The translations under genes and the position numbers were made by a program. Shown piece after piece: positions 49,471 through 58,374 of a stretch of 64,000 bases of DNA. The stretch lies in IMG/VR virus record IMGVR_UViG_3300031656_000001, one strand, 5' to 3'. Position 1 is the first letter of the stretch. Every line of letters begins with the position of its first letter. The stretch is from a virus. The notes under the pieces are model-generated. The model was not told where the DNA came from and did not search any database. It saw only the letters and a list, made by a program, of their open reading frames with translations.

Positions 49471-51210
49471 TTATTTTATAGTTTTAACCCTATCAGTAAA
49501 GCTAGGAGGGAAGAATCCCTTCTTATTTATCAGACTTCTAAAGCAAGCATCCAGTACATATGTTACGGCCCAATCATCTTCACTTCTTACTGATCTTCCA
49601 ACACCTTGAAGAATCGAAATTCCAGTTTTCCAATCATACCATTCATTTGATGTCTGCATTTTAGCTTTAATCAAAGGATCGCCTAATGATGGATATGGTA
49701 CTTTAAAGAATATCTGAAATCTACTTGTCTCGTCTTTTAAATCTAAACCCTCTAATAATGACGGTCCCATTAAAACTGATCCTTCTTTCTTTTTGAACAA
49801 CTCTAACATGTTTGCTTTTTGTTTAGAGTTCTCATAATCTATCAATCTAAATGTATGTTTAGAATGTTGCTTTATGTAATTAGTAAATGCGTATGATCCT
49901 GTGTGAACTACCCCTCGTTGTCCTTTATGCTTACTTATAATTTGATCTAGTATTTCAACCACTTTAGGCAAACTCTGTTCGCGTTCTCTGTATGAAAGTT
50001 TGTGGCGATTAATAAAAACTACTGGTGATTTATCATAATTGAACATGTTGTCCATTCTAATAAATTTAGCATTCTTAATTCCCATGATTTTAACAAAAGA
50101 TCTAGGATCTCCAATCGTTGCACTCATGAATACTTTAAAGTCTGCTTTGTCGTGTAAGTATTTGTTAATCATAAGAGATTCCTCAACACACATGAATTTA
50201 GATTCATATTCGTTTTGATCTAATACCATTTTACTAATACCAACTTCGTTGATCAATGCAAGATAATCTTCAATCTTACAATGTACATCTTTTATTCTAT
50301 CAAAATTGGTAAATGCGGTTTGCCAATCTTTCGGTGCACCAATATTACCATATCTTTTTTTAACTTGTTTATTAGCCAATTGCCTTACCTTACCAAAATT
50401 ACGTAAGATTACTTCGAACTCGACCATCGCATCATATACCTCTGATTTATTACCTGTCATTAAATCATTAACTAATGTTTCTATTTTGTTACGAGTATGC
50501 GCTACTGTTTGAAATCCATGTTTATTTGCAAATCTAAGACTAGTCATAATCTTATCTACAATATTAGGTTCAATACGAGGGCTGAAATGACTCTGTACAA
50601 TATCATCAATTCTATGTGCTTCATCAAAAAACACAAAGTCTCTTTGTTCAAATGGAACCTTACGATCATCTTGTTCCATCTTAGCTGCAACATAATTACG
50701 TTGAATCAACCAAAATGCATAATTCAATAATGAGATAGGTTGATCTATTGCCCTTTTTCTATTTTGAAGATAATCACAGGTTGCGTAACATGAAAGCTTT
50801 TCAGTTTGTTCATATCCCATACCCTTCAATCTACAATCTCCTAATGAAAATGGCAATCCGTTAACATTACATTCATAATTGTCTGCACCTTTAATTGATG
50901 GCCATCGCAAACCATATTTATAAAAATCTGATTCATATTGATCCTGAAGACTCAGGTCACTAGTGATCATGTAACCCTTATTACCTAATTCTTTTAATAT
51001 ATGAGCAGACCACATAGCTATCAGTGATTTACCAGAACCAGTCGGAGCATCAATAACGATAGTTGCTTTAGAATCTTCCAGATAAGATTCGCAAATCTTA
51101 ACTATGATTTCTCTTTGACCTCTTCTGAATTCAAATCCTTTCCCAAATGTATTGGACTCTATTGAATCGTTTATAATTTTGTTTATCTTCTCTACTCCGC
51201 GTTCCAGCAT
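49471..51210 (-). CDS. DinG/YoaA-family SF2 helicase
   Basis: FRRGQ, APTGSGKS, DEAH, MSATIG, EGLD, KVPYP and QGVGRSVR motifs; Fe-S-type cysteines. Confidence 0.9.
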   Translation of the reverse strand: MLERGVEKINKIINDSIESNTFGKGFEFRRGQREIIVKICESYLEDSKATIVIDAPTGSGKSLIAMWSAHILKELGNKGYMITSDLSLQDQYESDFYKYGLRWPSIKGADNYECNVNGLPFSLGDCRLKGMGYEQTEKLSCYATCDYLQNRKRAIDQPISLLNYAFWLIQRNYVAAKMEQDDRKVPFEQRDFVFFDEAHRIDDIVQSHFSPRIEPNIVDKIMTSLRFANKHGFQTVAHTRNKIETLVNDLMTGNKSEVYDAMVEFEVILRNFGKVRQLANKQVKKRYGNIGAPKDWQTAFTNFDRIKDVHCKIEDYLALINEVGISKMVLDQNEYESKFMCVEESLMINKYLHDKADFKVFMSATIGDPRSFVKIMGIKNAKFIRMDNMFNYDKSPVVFINRHKLSYREREQSLPKVVEILDQIISKHKGQRGVVHTGSYAFTNYIKQHSKHTFRLIDYENSKQKANMLELFKKKEGSVLMGPSLLEGLDLKDETSRFQIFFKVPYPSLGDPLIKAKMQTSNEWYDWKTGISILQGVGRSVRSEDDWAVTYVLDACFRSLINKKGFFPPSFTDRVKTIK

Positions 51211-51713
51211 ATAACTTCTTTTACTTCAATTCCAGCTTTATTTAATAATTCAACACCTGACATATCTCTATATGTTTCAGAGTAAAATACTTTTTTAATA
51301 CCTGATTGGATTATTAATTTTGCACAATCAAAACATGGACAAGTTGTCGTGTAAAGATCTGCACCTTCTGAACTCAATGTTGATTTACTTACTTTTGCTA
51401 ATGCATTAGATTCTGCGTGTAAAACTTCTCGTTTTGTTTTAGTAGTTTCTTTAGTACAACATCCATTTTCACATGTAAATCCATGATCTTCTACGAGAGT
51501 TTGTGCCATGTCAGGATTTTCATAATACTGACGTGTTATTTCTATTTCCTCACAATCGTTATTAAAACCATGTGGCGTTCCGTTATATCCTGTAGAAATC
51601 ACTTGTTTATCTTTCACGATAATACAACCAACCCTACGGCGTTTTGCATAACTAAGCTTAGCTATCTGATAAGCCATCTGCATATAAACTAAATCTACTG
51701 GTATTCTTGGCAT
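51192..51713 (-). CDS. dCMP deaminase
   Basis: VGCIIVK, GYNGTP, HAESNA and PCFDCAK motifs. Confidence 0.93.
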   Translation of the reverse strand: MPRIPVDLVYMQMAYQIAKLSYAKRRRVGCIIVKDKQVISTGYNGTPHGFNNDCEEIEITRQYYENPDMAQTLVEDHGFTCENGCCTKETTKTKREVLHAESNALAKVSKSTLSSEGADLYTTTCPCFDCAKLIIQSGIKKVFYSETYRDMSGVELLNKAGIEVKEVICWNAE

Positions 51714-51728
51714 AGTATTCTAAATGTA

Positions 51729-51759
51729 AAAAGGTCCATATATTATATACGGACCTTTT
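51729..51759 (-). terminator. Hairpin/terminator with a promoter -10 element in its loop
   Basis: AAAAGGTCC-N13-GGACCTTTT; TATAA lies in the loop. Confidence 0.65.
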
Positions 51760-51800
51760 AAAAAGTTTAATTAGATGATACTCGTTTTAAACTAAATATG

Positions 51801-52310
51801 TTACTTAGCTGACCAGACGTCTTTTAACTCGTCGATCTTCTTATTATAAGATTCTTTCATACCATTAAGTATTGCGTCATATGTTTCAATAGTAAGTTCT
51901 TCTTCACCTTTAATCTCAGCGTGTGCTTGTTCTAATGTAGAAGCAGCTAATGTTGCAATTAATGCAGCATTTTCTTTAAGATAAGATTCTAATGTGTGAT
52001 CAGGATAATCATCCCCGTCATAGTCACATGCTTCTTTAATAGCAGATTCATAACCTTCTATTAAACGTGCAGAAACCGTTAATGTTTCTTTATCTTCATC
52101 TTCTTCCTCAGATTCTTCTTCAGATTCAGACTCTTCAGCATCCTCTTCTTTTTCTTCTTCTTCGCCTTCTATTTTTTCATGTTCTTCTGATTCTGAATCC
52201 TCGTCAGAAATACCTAACACTTTGTCATCGTCGGTTTCCGTAATCGCATCAGTACTTGCAAGTTTCTTATTTGCTGCGTACTCTTCGAATGATAATATTG
52301 GTTTTGCCAT
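51801..52310 (-). CDS. Acidic protein with capsid-targeting-like tag (putative core/internal protein)
   Basis: MAKPILSFEEY tag; ITE site; poly-Glu tract; late motif at 52333-52341. Confidence 0.6.
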   Translation of the reverse strand: MAKPILSFEEYAANKKLASTDAITETDDDKVLGISDEDSESEEHEKIEGEEEEKEEDAEESESEEESEEEDEDKETLTVSARLIEGYESAIKEACDYDGDDYPDHTLESYLKENAALIATLAASTLEQAHAEIKGEEELTIETYDAILNGMKESYNKKIDELKDVWSAK

Positions 52311-52341
52311 AATGTTTTTATTATTATTTTATTTATATATC

Positions 52342-53022
52342 TTATTTTGTAGCCTTTTGTTTTTTCTTGGCTGTTTTCAGTTTAGATTTTAAACCGATTT
52401 GTTGTTTTTGAACTGCAGCTTTCATACCATCTGCCGATGCTTGCTGTAGTTGAGACTTTAACAATAAACCTTGTAATTTATCAGTAGGATCCTTTTCTTT
52501 ATCTTTAGAAAGTGCAGCTATGTCTCCTTTAATATCTTTTGATTTTGAAGAAAGACTCTTTTGTTTTTTAGTCAAAGCCTTTATCTTTTGTTTGTCAGAT
52601 TTAGGTTTGCTCTTTTTCTTTTCTTCTATTATACCTTCTTCTAATGTATCTATTTCTTTTGATCTAGCCATTGCCCAATCAACTCCTGCATCTCCTCCCC
52701 AAATTAGCCATGAAACAAAACCTTTATCTAACCATGGTGTTTCTTTAAATTCAGGTGCAATAGTTGCATTTTTTCTATGTCTATTAAATGAAGACATTCT
52801 TTTTACAGTATCGCTAGATATGTTTTCTCCATTAGCCAATTGATGTGCTCTTGCCCATCCGACTGCAGTACCAGCTTCAACTTCTTCTCTGCCATATTTC
52901 TCTTTCCAGTCTATTGCTTTTTGTGCATTCTTTTTAGCAGCTTGAGGATAGTCACTATGTGAATCTTCAGCTTCATTAATTCTACTTAATAAGAATTCTT
53001 CGAATAGTTTAATTCTTTTCAT
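52342..53022 (-). CDS. Tagged protein with a phage head-associated GTAVGWARA domain and basic C-terminal domain
   Basis: MKRIKLFEEFLLSRINE; YPQAAKKNA...GTAVGWARAHQLA...TVKRM...WLIWGG; LEE/IEE junction then a Lys-rich tail. Confidence 0.6.
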   Translation of the reverse strand: MKRIKLFEEFLLSRINEAEDSHSDYPQAAKKNAQKAIDWKEKYGREEVEAGTAVGWARAHQLANGENISSDTVKRMSSFNRHRKNATIAPEFKETPWLDKGFVSWLIWGGDAGVDWAMARSKEIDTLEEGIIEEKKKSKPKSDKQKIKALTKKQKSLSSKSKDIKGDIAALSKDKEKDPTDKLQGLLLKSQLQQASADGMKAAVQKQQIGLKSKLKTAKKKQKATK

Positions 53023-53023
53023 A

Positions 53024-53380
53024 TTATTTTGGTAATCTTACCATTGTTTCTTTAGTTTCATTCTTAAATGTATTCTTAACAAACCCGAATTCTTTATAAA
53101 ATGTTTTAAGTCTATTTACTGAAGTCGCTCCAAAATCTTTAGAAGGTGTTAGATAAATCTTTTTATTTGCATTATCAGCAAAATCAACAATTCTTTCCAT
53201 TACTTTAGAACCAATTCCAGAACCTCTCAGTTCTTTAGGAACTACAATGCGCGAAAGCGCTAACCATTTACCATTATCATAAAGGTCTAATTTTATATTG
53301 AATTCAGTTTCTAATTCCTGAAGAATCATACCTTCATTTATAAAATCTTCAAATACTTTAATATGTCTCATGTTATTCAC
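53024..53380 (-). CDS. GNAT acetyltransferase with capsid-targeting-like tag
   Basis: MRHIKVFEDFINE; LSRIVVPKELRGSGIGS (motif A); RLKTFYKEFGF (motif B). Confidence 0.85.
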   Translation of the reverse strand: MNNMRHIKVFEDFINEGMILQELETEFNIKLDLYDNGKWLALSRIVVPKELRGSGIGSKVMERIVDFADNANKKIYLTPSKDFGATSVNRLKTFYKEFGFVKNTFKNETKETMVRLPK

Positions 53381-53789
53381 CGTATATTCTTTTTACGAAT
53401 CTTTTAATATCTGCATTACTATAATCCAATAATTCACCAATCTCTCTTGCTTCTTCAGCAGTCTTATCTGCTAAATATCCACCATGTGAATCTGCAATTT
53501 CTTTTAATCGTTTTGCTTTCTTTTTACCAGTCGAGTTTGGTCTATATGCAATATATGCATCTCCGTCCTCTTTATCAACTGTCAATACGCCCCAGCCCAT
53601 ATCTCTATATGTTTGTAAGATTCGTATATCGTCTTCACTGTTAACCATAGGATGTTTAGTAACAAGAAAATGAATATCTTTTTTACCATCCATCACTTGT
53701 TTGAAAAGCCAATCCTCAGTATAACCACCAGACGTTGGTAATGTTATCTTCTCATTTATAAAATCGTTGAATACTTTAATGTGCTTCAT
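53373..53789 (-). CDS. Hypothetical protein with capsid-targeting-like tag
   Basis: Likely start is ATG 53789 (MKHIKVFNDFINE); C-terminal EIGELLDY. Confidence 0.65.
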   Translation of the reverse strand: MKHIKVFNDFINEKITLPTSGGYTEDWLFKQVMDGKKDIHFLVTKHPMVNSEDDIRILQTYRDMGWGVLTVDKEDGDAYIAYRPNSTGKKKAKRLKEIADSHGGYLADKTAEEAREIGELLDYSNADIKRFVKRIYGE

Positions 53790-53790
53790 A

Positions 53791-54486
53791 TTAGAATTTA
53801 GGTATACCACCTATTTTTTTAGCTCTTCGTCTCCATAATGTTAATACTTCCTCACGTGAAGTTCCATCAATCGTACCACTTTGTTCTTGTGTGTCTAAAT
53901 ACCTGGTGACTGCGTCGATCATTGATTCCTTTCTTTTCTTAGATTCAAATCTAAGTCCTTGTAAATTTGCATCAACTTCTTTAGGTAACATTAAGTATTG
54001 TGCCTTCGGCATAACTCCTAATTCTATCAGCGCTCTTAATTCAGAGTCATCTTCATTCGGTTTACCCTTTCTATAATTACCGGTGTCTTTTCCGTCTTGT
54101 GTAATGTGTTCCATTTCATGTCGAATAACATCTGCTAAATACATGTAAACCTCTGACCATTCTCCTGGTAACCAATCTGGATTAATAACAAAATCTATAT
54201 TGATAAATGGTGTTTGAAAATCTCCATCGTCATCTTCATCTCTACCATCTGCACCTGTTGAATTAGCTATTTCAAATCCTTTGGTCTTTTTAGTAATATG
54301 AAGTGTAGCTGTAAGATCAAATTCTAATTTATCCTCAATTTGATCAGAGTAATCTATGGTTGTCATTCCATTGGCATGTCCTTTAATCCACGCTTTGAAT
54401 ACCACGCTTGTTAATTTGGATGCTAGTGAATCCCATTTACTTCGACTCTCGTTCAAAAATAAGTTATATGTTTTTATGTGTTTCAT
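53791..54486 (-). CDS. HEXXH zinc metallopeptidase-like protein with capsid-targeting-like tag
   Basis: MKHIKTYNLFLNE; VIRHEMEHITQ; downstream YL...EVDA third-ligand pattern. Confidence 0.72.
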   Translation of the reverse strand: MKHIKTYNLFLNESRSKWDSLASKLTSVVFKAWIKGHANGMTTIDYSDQIEDKLEFDLTATLHITKKTKGFEIANSTGADGRDEDDDGDFQTPFINIDFVINPDWLPGEWSEVYMYLADVIRHEMEHITQDGKDTGNYRKGKPNEDDSELRALIELGVMPKAQYLMLPKEVDANLQGLRFESKKRKESMIDAVTRYLDTQEQSGTIDGTSREEVLTLWRRRAKKIGGIPKF

Positions 54487-54500
54487 GTATTATATATCAT

Positions 54501-54532
54501 AAAAAAAGGGGAATGATTTCTCAGTCCCCTTT
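54501..54532 (-). terminator. Rho-independent terminator
   Basis: Minus strand AAAGGGGACTGAGAAATCATTCCCCTTTTTTT, immediately followed by GATATATAA (54490-54498). Confidence 0.85.
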
Positions 54533-54552
54533 GGTTAGTATTTGTAGGTTAA

Positions 54553-54798
54553 TTATTCGTTAAGCGGACCAGATGGTCCAACAGCTTCTTTGTCATCTGC
54601 TGTTACAAAAATAGAATCTAATGTGGCTAAATATCCATTTGCATCTGATATCGTTCTAATTAATTTGTCCATTTCGTCAATGATCTGTGGATGTTCTCCA
54701 ATACCTATTGCATTTTTAGAATAAACTTCTAATGTTGCAACAGCTTCTAATCTCATTGCGATATACTTTGCGCGTAGCGCATCTAATTTCAAACTCAT
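54553..54798 (-). CDS. Hypothetical protein (GIGEHP motif family, common in T4-like phages)
   Basis: NAIGIGEHPQIIDEMDK. Confidence 0.65.
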   Translation of the reverse strand: MSLKLDALRAKYIAMRLEAVATLEVYSKNAIGIGEHPQIIDEMDKLIRTISDANGYLATLDSIFVTADDKEAVGPSGPLNE

Positions 54799-54807
54799 AA
54801 TTATCGT

Positions 54808-55011
54808 TTATTGTTTATTGTTTTTTCTTAATTCATCTATGATTTCTTGTAATCCTCTAAATGCAATTGCGGCCATTGCAAAAAACCAAAAGTCCTTTGT
54901 ACTCCAATTTAATACTGCAAATAGCCAAAACAAATTAGAATTCATCCCCATTACGTGTTGATCACAATGTGCCAATATTTTCTTTGCTACTCTTTTAATT
55001 GTTTTAAACAT
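54808..55011 (-). CDS. Small membrane protein
   Basis: Likely start is ATG 55011; the TTG at 55056 sits at the upstream edge of the promoter motif at 55028-55054. Confidence 0.5.
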   Translation of the reverse strand: MFKTIKRVAKKILAHCDQHVMGMNSNLFWLFAVLNWSTKDFWFFAMAAIAFRGLQEIIDELRKNNKQ

Positions 55012-55059
55012 ATTTTGTAATTTATTATTATACATTAATTTTTTTAAATGTTTCAAATA

Positions 55060-55263
55060 TCAATCTTCGTCCTTTAGTTTACGTATCATTGCACTTATAT
55101 AATTAAAAATAAATGCAGCACAATAAAGAGGCCATAATATAGCAAACAAAACACGCTGAGCCATATCAAGCCTAAGCTCTTCTTTTTTTATATAAGAAAC
55201 AACACCATCATAAATGGCATTAAATAATATGCCTAACGATAAGTAATAAAATAAATTCATCAT
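55060..55263 (-). CDS. Small 2-TM membrane protein
   Basis: Two hydrophobic segments, ILWP motif. Confidence 0.55.
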   Translation of the reverse strand: MMNLFYYLSLGILFNAIYDGVVSYIKKEELRLDMAQRVLFAILWPLYCAAFIFNYISAMIRKLKDED

Positions 55264-55268
55264 GTATA

Positions 55269-56278
55269 TTATACTTAAGAATCAGAAACTGTTTCTTGTT
55301 CAAACTGTTTCAAATATTTTTTAAGTGCTAACTCTTTAGCTTTAGCTTCCAATTCAATATCTAGAAATAAACCATAAGTGTCAATATATTCATATATGTA
55401 ATCTGAATGTGCACGTTTATTTGTTTGCTCTTCGTTCTCGTGAATCATTTGACAACTAGAATAATGTACAAGTTGTTTAATACCAACTGGCCATGTCAGG
55501 CTTGCTAATTTAAGTGCTTCTTCCTGTGTTAATTCACCTGAATGACACCAATGGTGATGATAGTCAAATGTAACAGGAACTCCTATTTTATTCCAAATAC
55601 CTTGATAAAGATCCTCTGTTGTGTATTGGCTTTCTTTGTCATCGTTTTCTACTACTAATCTTTTACGAACAGATTCGTCTAGTAATTCAAATGCATCACA
55701 GAAGCGTTGCATTGCTTCGTCTTTTCCACCTTGTGTAGTATTGACATGTATGTTAATAGGTGCAGAGTGATCTCTTGGTAATTCCAAAAGATCCATGATT
55801 TCACCATGTTTATTAAGATCTATAATACATTTGTCTACAACTCGCTGTGTAAGAGATGCCAATACATCGAATGGTCCAGGATGAAATGTCAAACGTTGAC
55901 CGTTATCCATTGCTATTTTTCCAGCACCTTTTAATATATTCTTTATTTTTTTATAATCTGGCAAATCACATAAATTGTATTCGCTCATCCATGGAAACAT
56001 ATCAGAACTTATGCGAAAAAGTTTAATATCGTTAGCATTATTCCATGAAACTATTTTAACTAAATCCTTAACATTTAATAATGCTAATTCAGAAACATAA
56101 TCTATACCCTTACTTGCGAACGTTCGTTTGATCATACCTCTATTAGTAGTAATCTTGTCAGCTTTTTGAAGAGTAGTATTAATGCAACAATACCCGTAAT
56201 TATTGGTTTCCATTGAATTTAGTTTTTAAATATTTATAAATAAATGTTATACTTAAGAATCAGAAACTGTTTCTTGTT
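55269..56278. repeat. 32-bp perfect direct repeat flanking uvsE
   Basis: ttatacttaagaatcagaaactgtttcttgtt at 55269-55300 and 56247-56278. Confidence 0.95.
55275..56213 (-). CDS. uvsE: UV damage endonuclease (UVDE/UvsE)
   Basis: GYCCIN, LFRISS, RLTFHPG, LVVENDD, FDYHHH, HYS, HSDY and ELEAKAKE motifs. Confidence 0.93.
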   Translation of the reverse strand: METNNYGYCCINTTLQKADKITTNRGMIKRTFASKGIDYVSELALLNVKDLVKIVSWNNANDIKLFRISSDMFPWMSEYNLCDLPDYKKIKNILKGAGKIAMDNGQRLTFHPGPFDVLASLTQRVVDKCIIDLNKHGEIMDLLELPRDHSAPINIHVNTTQGGKDEAMQRFCDAFELLDESVRKRLVVENDDKESQYTTEDLYQGIWNKIGVPVTFDYHHHWCHSGELTQEEALKLASLTWPVGIKQLVHYSSCQMIHENEEQTNKRAHSDYIYEYIDTYGLFLDIELEAKAKELALKKYLKQFEQETVSDS

Positions 56279-56633
56279 TTATTTTAAACAACTCATAATT
56301 ACTATTCCCTGTTTTGAATTTAAAATAGTCCTCACGTTGCTCTAGGATTTCCGTTACTGGAGTTGTTTGCCATGTAAAACTATCATCAAACGGTGACATG
56401 ACCAAGCTACGATTCAATCCAATTTCTTCAAACTGATCTTTAAATGTACTGTCCTTGTTCCATTCTATCCAAATAACAGCACGCGAGATCTTCGTTAAGT
56501 TATCACGTTCTCTGACTAATTTCCAGTTCTGCTCTTTTTCTTTATAAAAAAGTTCTGCAAAATCTGCGTTGATTACAAGATTACCGTCGTCATTTATGTC
56601 GACTAATATCTTTTTTTGTACTCCGCCTATCAT
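56253..56633 (-). CDS. Hypothetical protein
   Basis: 126 aa; WQTTPVTEI...FKTGNSNY motif; ends in QETVSDS like uvsE. Confidence 0.65.
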   Translation of the reverse strand: MIGGVQKKILVDINDDGNLVINADFAELFYKEKEQNWKLVRERDNLTKISRAVIWIEWNKDSTFKDQFEEIGLNRSLVMSPFDDSFTWQTTPVTEILEQREDYFKFKTGNSNYELFKIKQETVSDS

Positions 56634-56636
56634 AAT

Positions 56637-57056
56637 TTATGTTTTTTGTTGTGGTAACCATTCCACGTTAATAAGGTCTCTGACAACAGCCCTGAATTCT
56701 GCAATGCCCTGTTTATTAAACATAGTATTTGCTTCAACCATTGATTCGCTATCATTTTCTAAAACGCCAATCATCCAACGTGCATTATCTAAGTATTCTT
56801 CTTTCCATGGTTTAGTACGTTTATCAGTGACTTCAATCGAGCACTGATCATCATACGGTGTACCATCTTCTTGTAAAATACGAGTAGCTTCGAATGCATA
56901 ATCATCTGTTTCATAAGTTCTACCATCATATGATGTAACTTCTAGTTCTGCGCTCTCTTGATGATTTATGTTAGCTATTGCTAAACTGATTTGTTCTAGT
57001 TCCTCTAGATTAAATTCAGCTTTATTAATTGCTTTTATTATTTTTAAGTGTTTCAT
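56637..57056 (-). CDS. Hypothetical protein
   Basis: 139 aa ORF within the operon. Confidence 0.6.
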   Translation of the reverse strand: MKHLKIIKAINKAEFNLEELEQISLAIANINHQESAELEVTSYDGRTYETDDYAFEATRILQEDGTPYDDQCSIEVTDKRTKPWKEEYLDNARWMIGVLENDSESMVEANTMFNKQGIAEFRAVVRDLINVEWLPQQKT

Positions 57057-57066
57057 AATTTATATT

Positions 57067-57534
57067 TTAAAAATTACCCGGTGCAACTTGCATACAAGTC
57101 AATCCATTATCTCTCCACATCTTAACGACTTTATCTCTGTCATCAAATACACATAAGATATCTGTTTTATCAGGGAACAAATCGTCTAACCATCCTTGTT
57201 TTAACTTGTCATCTGGCATAAATCCGAATTCGTTACCAGTCGGCCTCATTTTAAGTACATCAAATGGTACATCAAATTTATCTAACCAATCTCTAGTAGC
57301 ATCTTTAGTCGCTTTACTTCTACCACTAAAAATAACAATTCTATGTCCATCTGCTTTTAACAATTGGGCCATTTTAATTACTGAGTGATTTGGTACATCT
57401 AAGCTAATGTTCTTAGGATCAAAGAAAATGTCCCAGTTAATTTTACCATCTGGCTTAGTTGCCAATACTCGTCTTTTATCAATTATTGCTAGAGTTCCAT
57501 CTAGATCAAAAATTACTGATTTTTTATTGTTCAT
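57067..57534 (-). CDS. Stand-alone HAD 3'-phosphatase (C-terminal domain of T4 PNKP/PseT-like)
   Basis: FDLDGTLA, FSGR, LKMR, FDDR and VVKMWR...CMQVAPGNF motifs. Confidence 0.88.
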   Translation of the reverse strand: MNNKKSVIFDLDGTLAIIDKRRVLATKPDGKINWDIFFDPKNISLDVPNHSVIKMAQLLKADGHRIVIFSGRSKATKDATRDWLDKFDVPFDVLKMRPTGNEFGFMPDDKLKQGWLDDLFPDKTDILCVFDDRDKVVKMWRDNGLTCMQVAPGNF

Positions 57535-57548
57535 TTTTATTTTTTAAA

Positions 57549-57770
57549 TTATTCATCTTCTCCTGTACCGAATGCATCTAACCATTCTTTAGGTGTAATA
57601 CCTGAAATTAAAAACTCTCTTTCATCTGAACTTAAATCAGGAAATGTATTTTGTACTAACTCTCCGTTATCGTATTTTACCAATTGCTCAGACGTTATAT
57701 CTAATTCCATGGTATTTGTTTTACCCGACAATTGTGATTGTTTTGTAATTTTCATAGTCTTATAGTTCAA
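57549..57770 (-). CDS. Hypothetical protein
   Basis: LVQNTFPDLSSDEREFLISGITPKEW resembles a conserved small phage protein family. Confidence 0.65.
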   Translation of the reverse strand: MNYKTMKITKQSQLSGKTNTMELDITSEQLVKYDNGELVQNTFPDLSSDEREFLISGITPKEWLDAFGTGEDE

Positions 57771-57987
57771 AGTTTTCTTGTAATTCTTTAATTAACGTTT
57801 TGATCTCTTCTTTATTAAGAGCAATGTGTGTAAAGAATTTACCTTGATCTGTAGTTCTCATTGTTAATTGAACTTTCATACCTTCTTTACCACCACTAAA
57901 TCTTGTTAGTGACATTGTTGTGTTTTCCATTTCATTAGTTCTTTCGCTATGAAATTGTCCTTTTAATGTTTTTAATTCTGTTGACAT
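57760..57987 (-). CDS. Small early hypothetical protein
   Basis: Directly downstream of the early promoter at 58004-58042. Confidence 0.65.
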   Translation of the reverse strand: MSTELKTLKGQFHSERTNEMENTTMSLTRFSGGKEGMKVQLTMRTTDQGKFFTHIALNKEEIKTLIKELQENFEL

Positions 57988-58003
57988 GACTTTAAGTTTT
58001 TAA

Positions 58004-58042
58004 TTATACTACTAATATACAACTTTTATTTGACATAAAAAA
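58004..58042 (-). promoter_or_regulatory. Early (host sigma, Bacteroidota-like) promoter
   Basis: TTTTTTATGTCAAATAAAAGTTGTATATTAGTAGTATAA; one of 4 related copies. Confidence 0.75.
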
Positions 58043-58054
58043 GCTTTTATGCGT

Positions 58055-58255
58055 TTATTTTTTTGTGATTGACTGAAAATCGAAGATGTATCCTTTAAGT
58101 GCATTTAACTTTGAGTCAATTTCATCAGAAGTTAAAAAGCCTTTTTCGATTTGAAGATCTGAAAGATTACTTGCAACTCTTGATAATACATCGTTAGATG
58201 TTAATAGATCCGCTGATCTTTCTCCGTACTTTGTGCTAAATGCTTCTTTTGTCAT
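58055..58255 (-). CDS. Small early hypothetical protein
   Basis: Downstream of the promoter copy at 58271-58310. Confidence 0.65.
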   Translation of the reverse strand: MTKEAFSTKYGERSADLLTSNDVLSRVASNLSDLQIEKGFLTSDEIDSKLNALKGYIFDFQSITKK

Positions 58256-58270
58256 GACTTTATCTTTTAG

Positions 58271-58310
58271 TTATACTACTAATATACAACAATTTATTGA
58301 TATAAAAAAA
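58271..58310 (-). promoter_or_regulatory. Early promoter copy
   Basis: TTTTTTTATATCAATAAATTGTTGTATATTAGTAGTATAA; preceded by an AAATCCTAG/CTAGGATTT inverted repeat. Confidence 0.72.
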
Positions 58311-58374
58311 TCCTAGCTAAAAAAGTTACGAACAATTTCACTAGGATTTATAATATTGTAATAATTAGATTTCA

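Noticed and set aside
54808-57056. MKHLK starts at 55056 and 57056 as capsid-targeting tags
   Set aside because: They lack the FxxF..xE pattern and the late motif, and the 55056 start overlaps a promoter.
58004-58042. Plus-strand TTGACA/TATACT sigma70 promoter
   Set aside because: The elements are in the wrong order on the plus strand; the repeat is oriented towards minus-strand genes.
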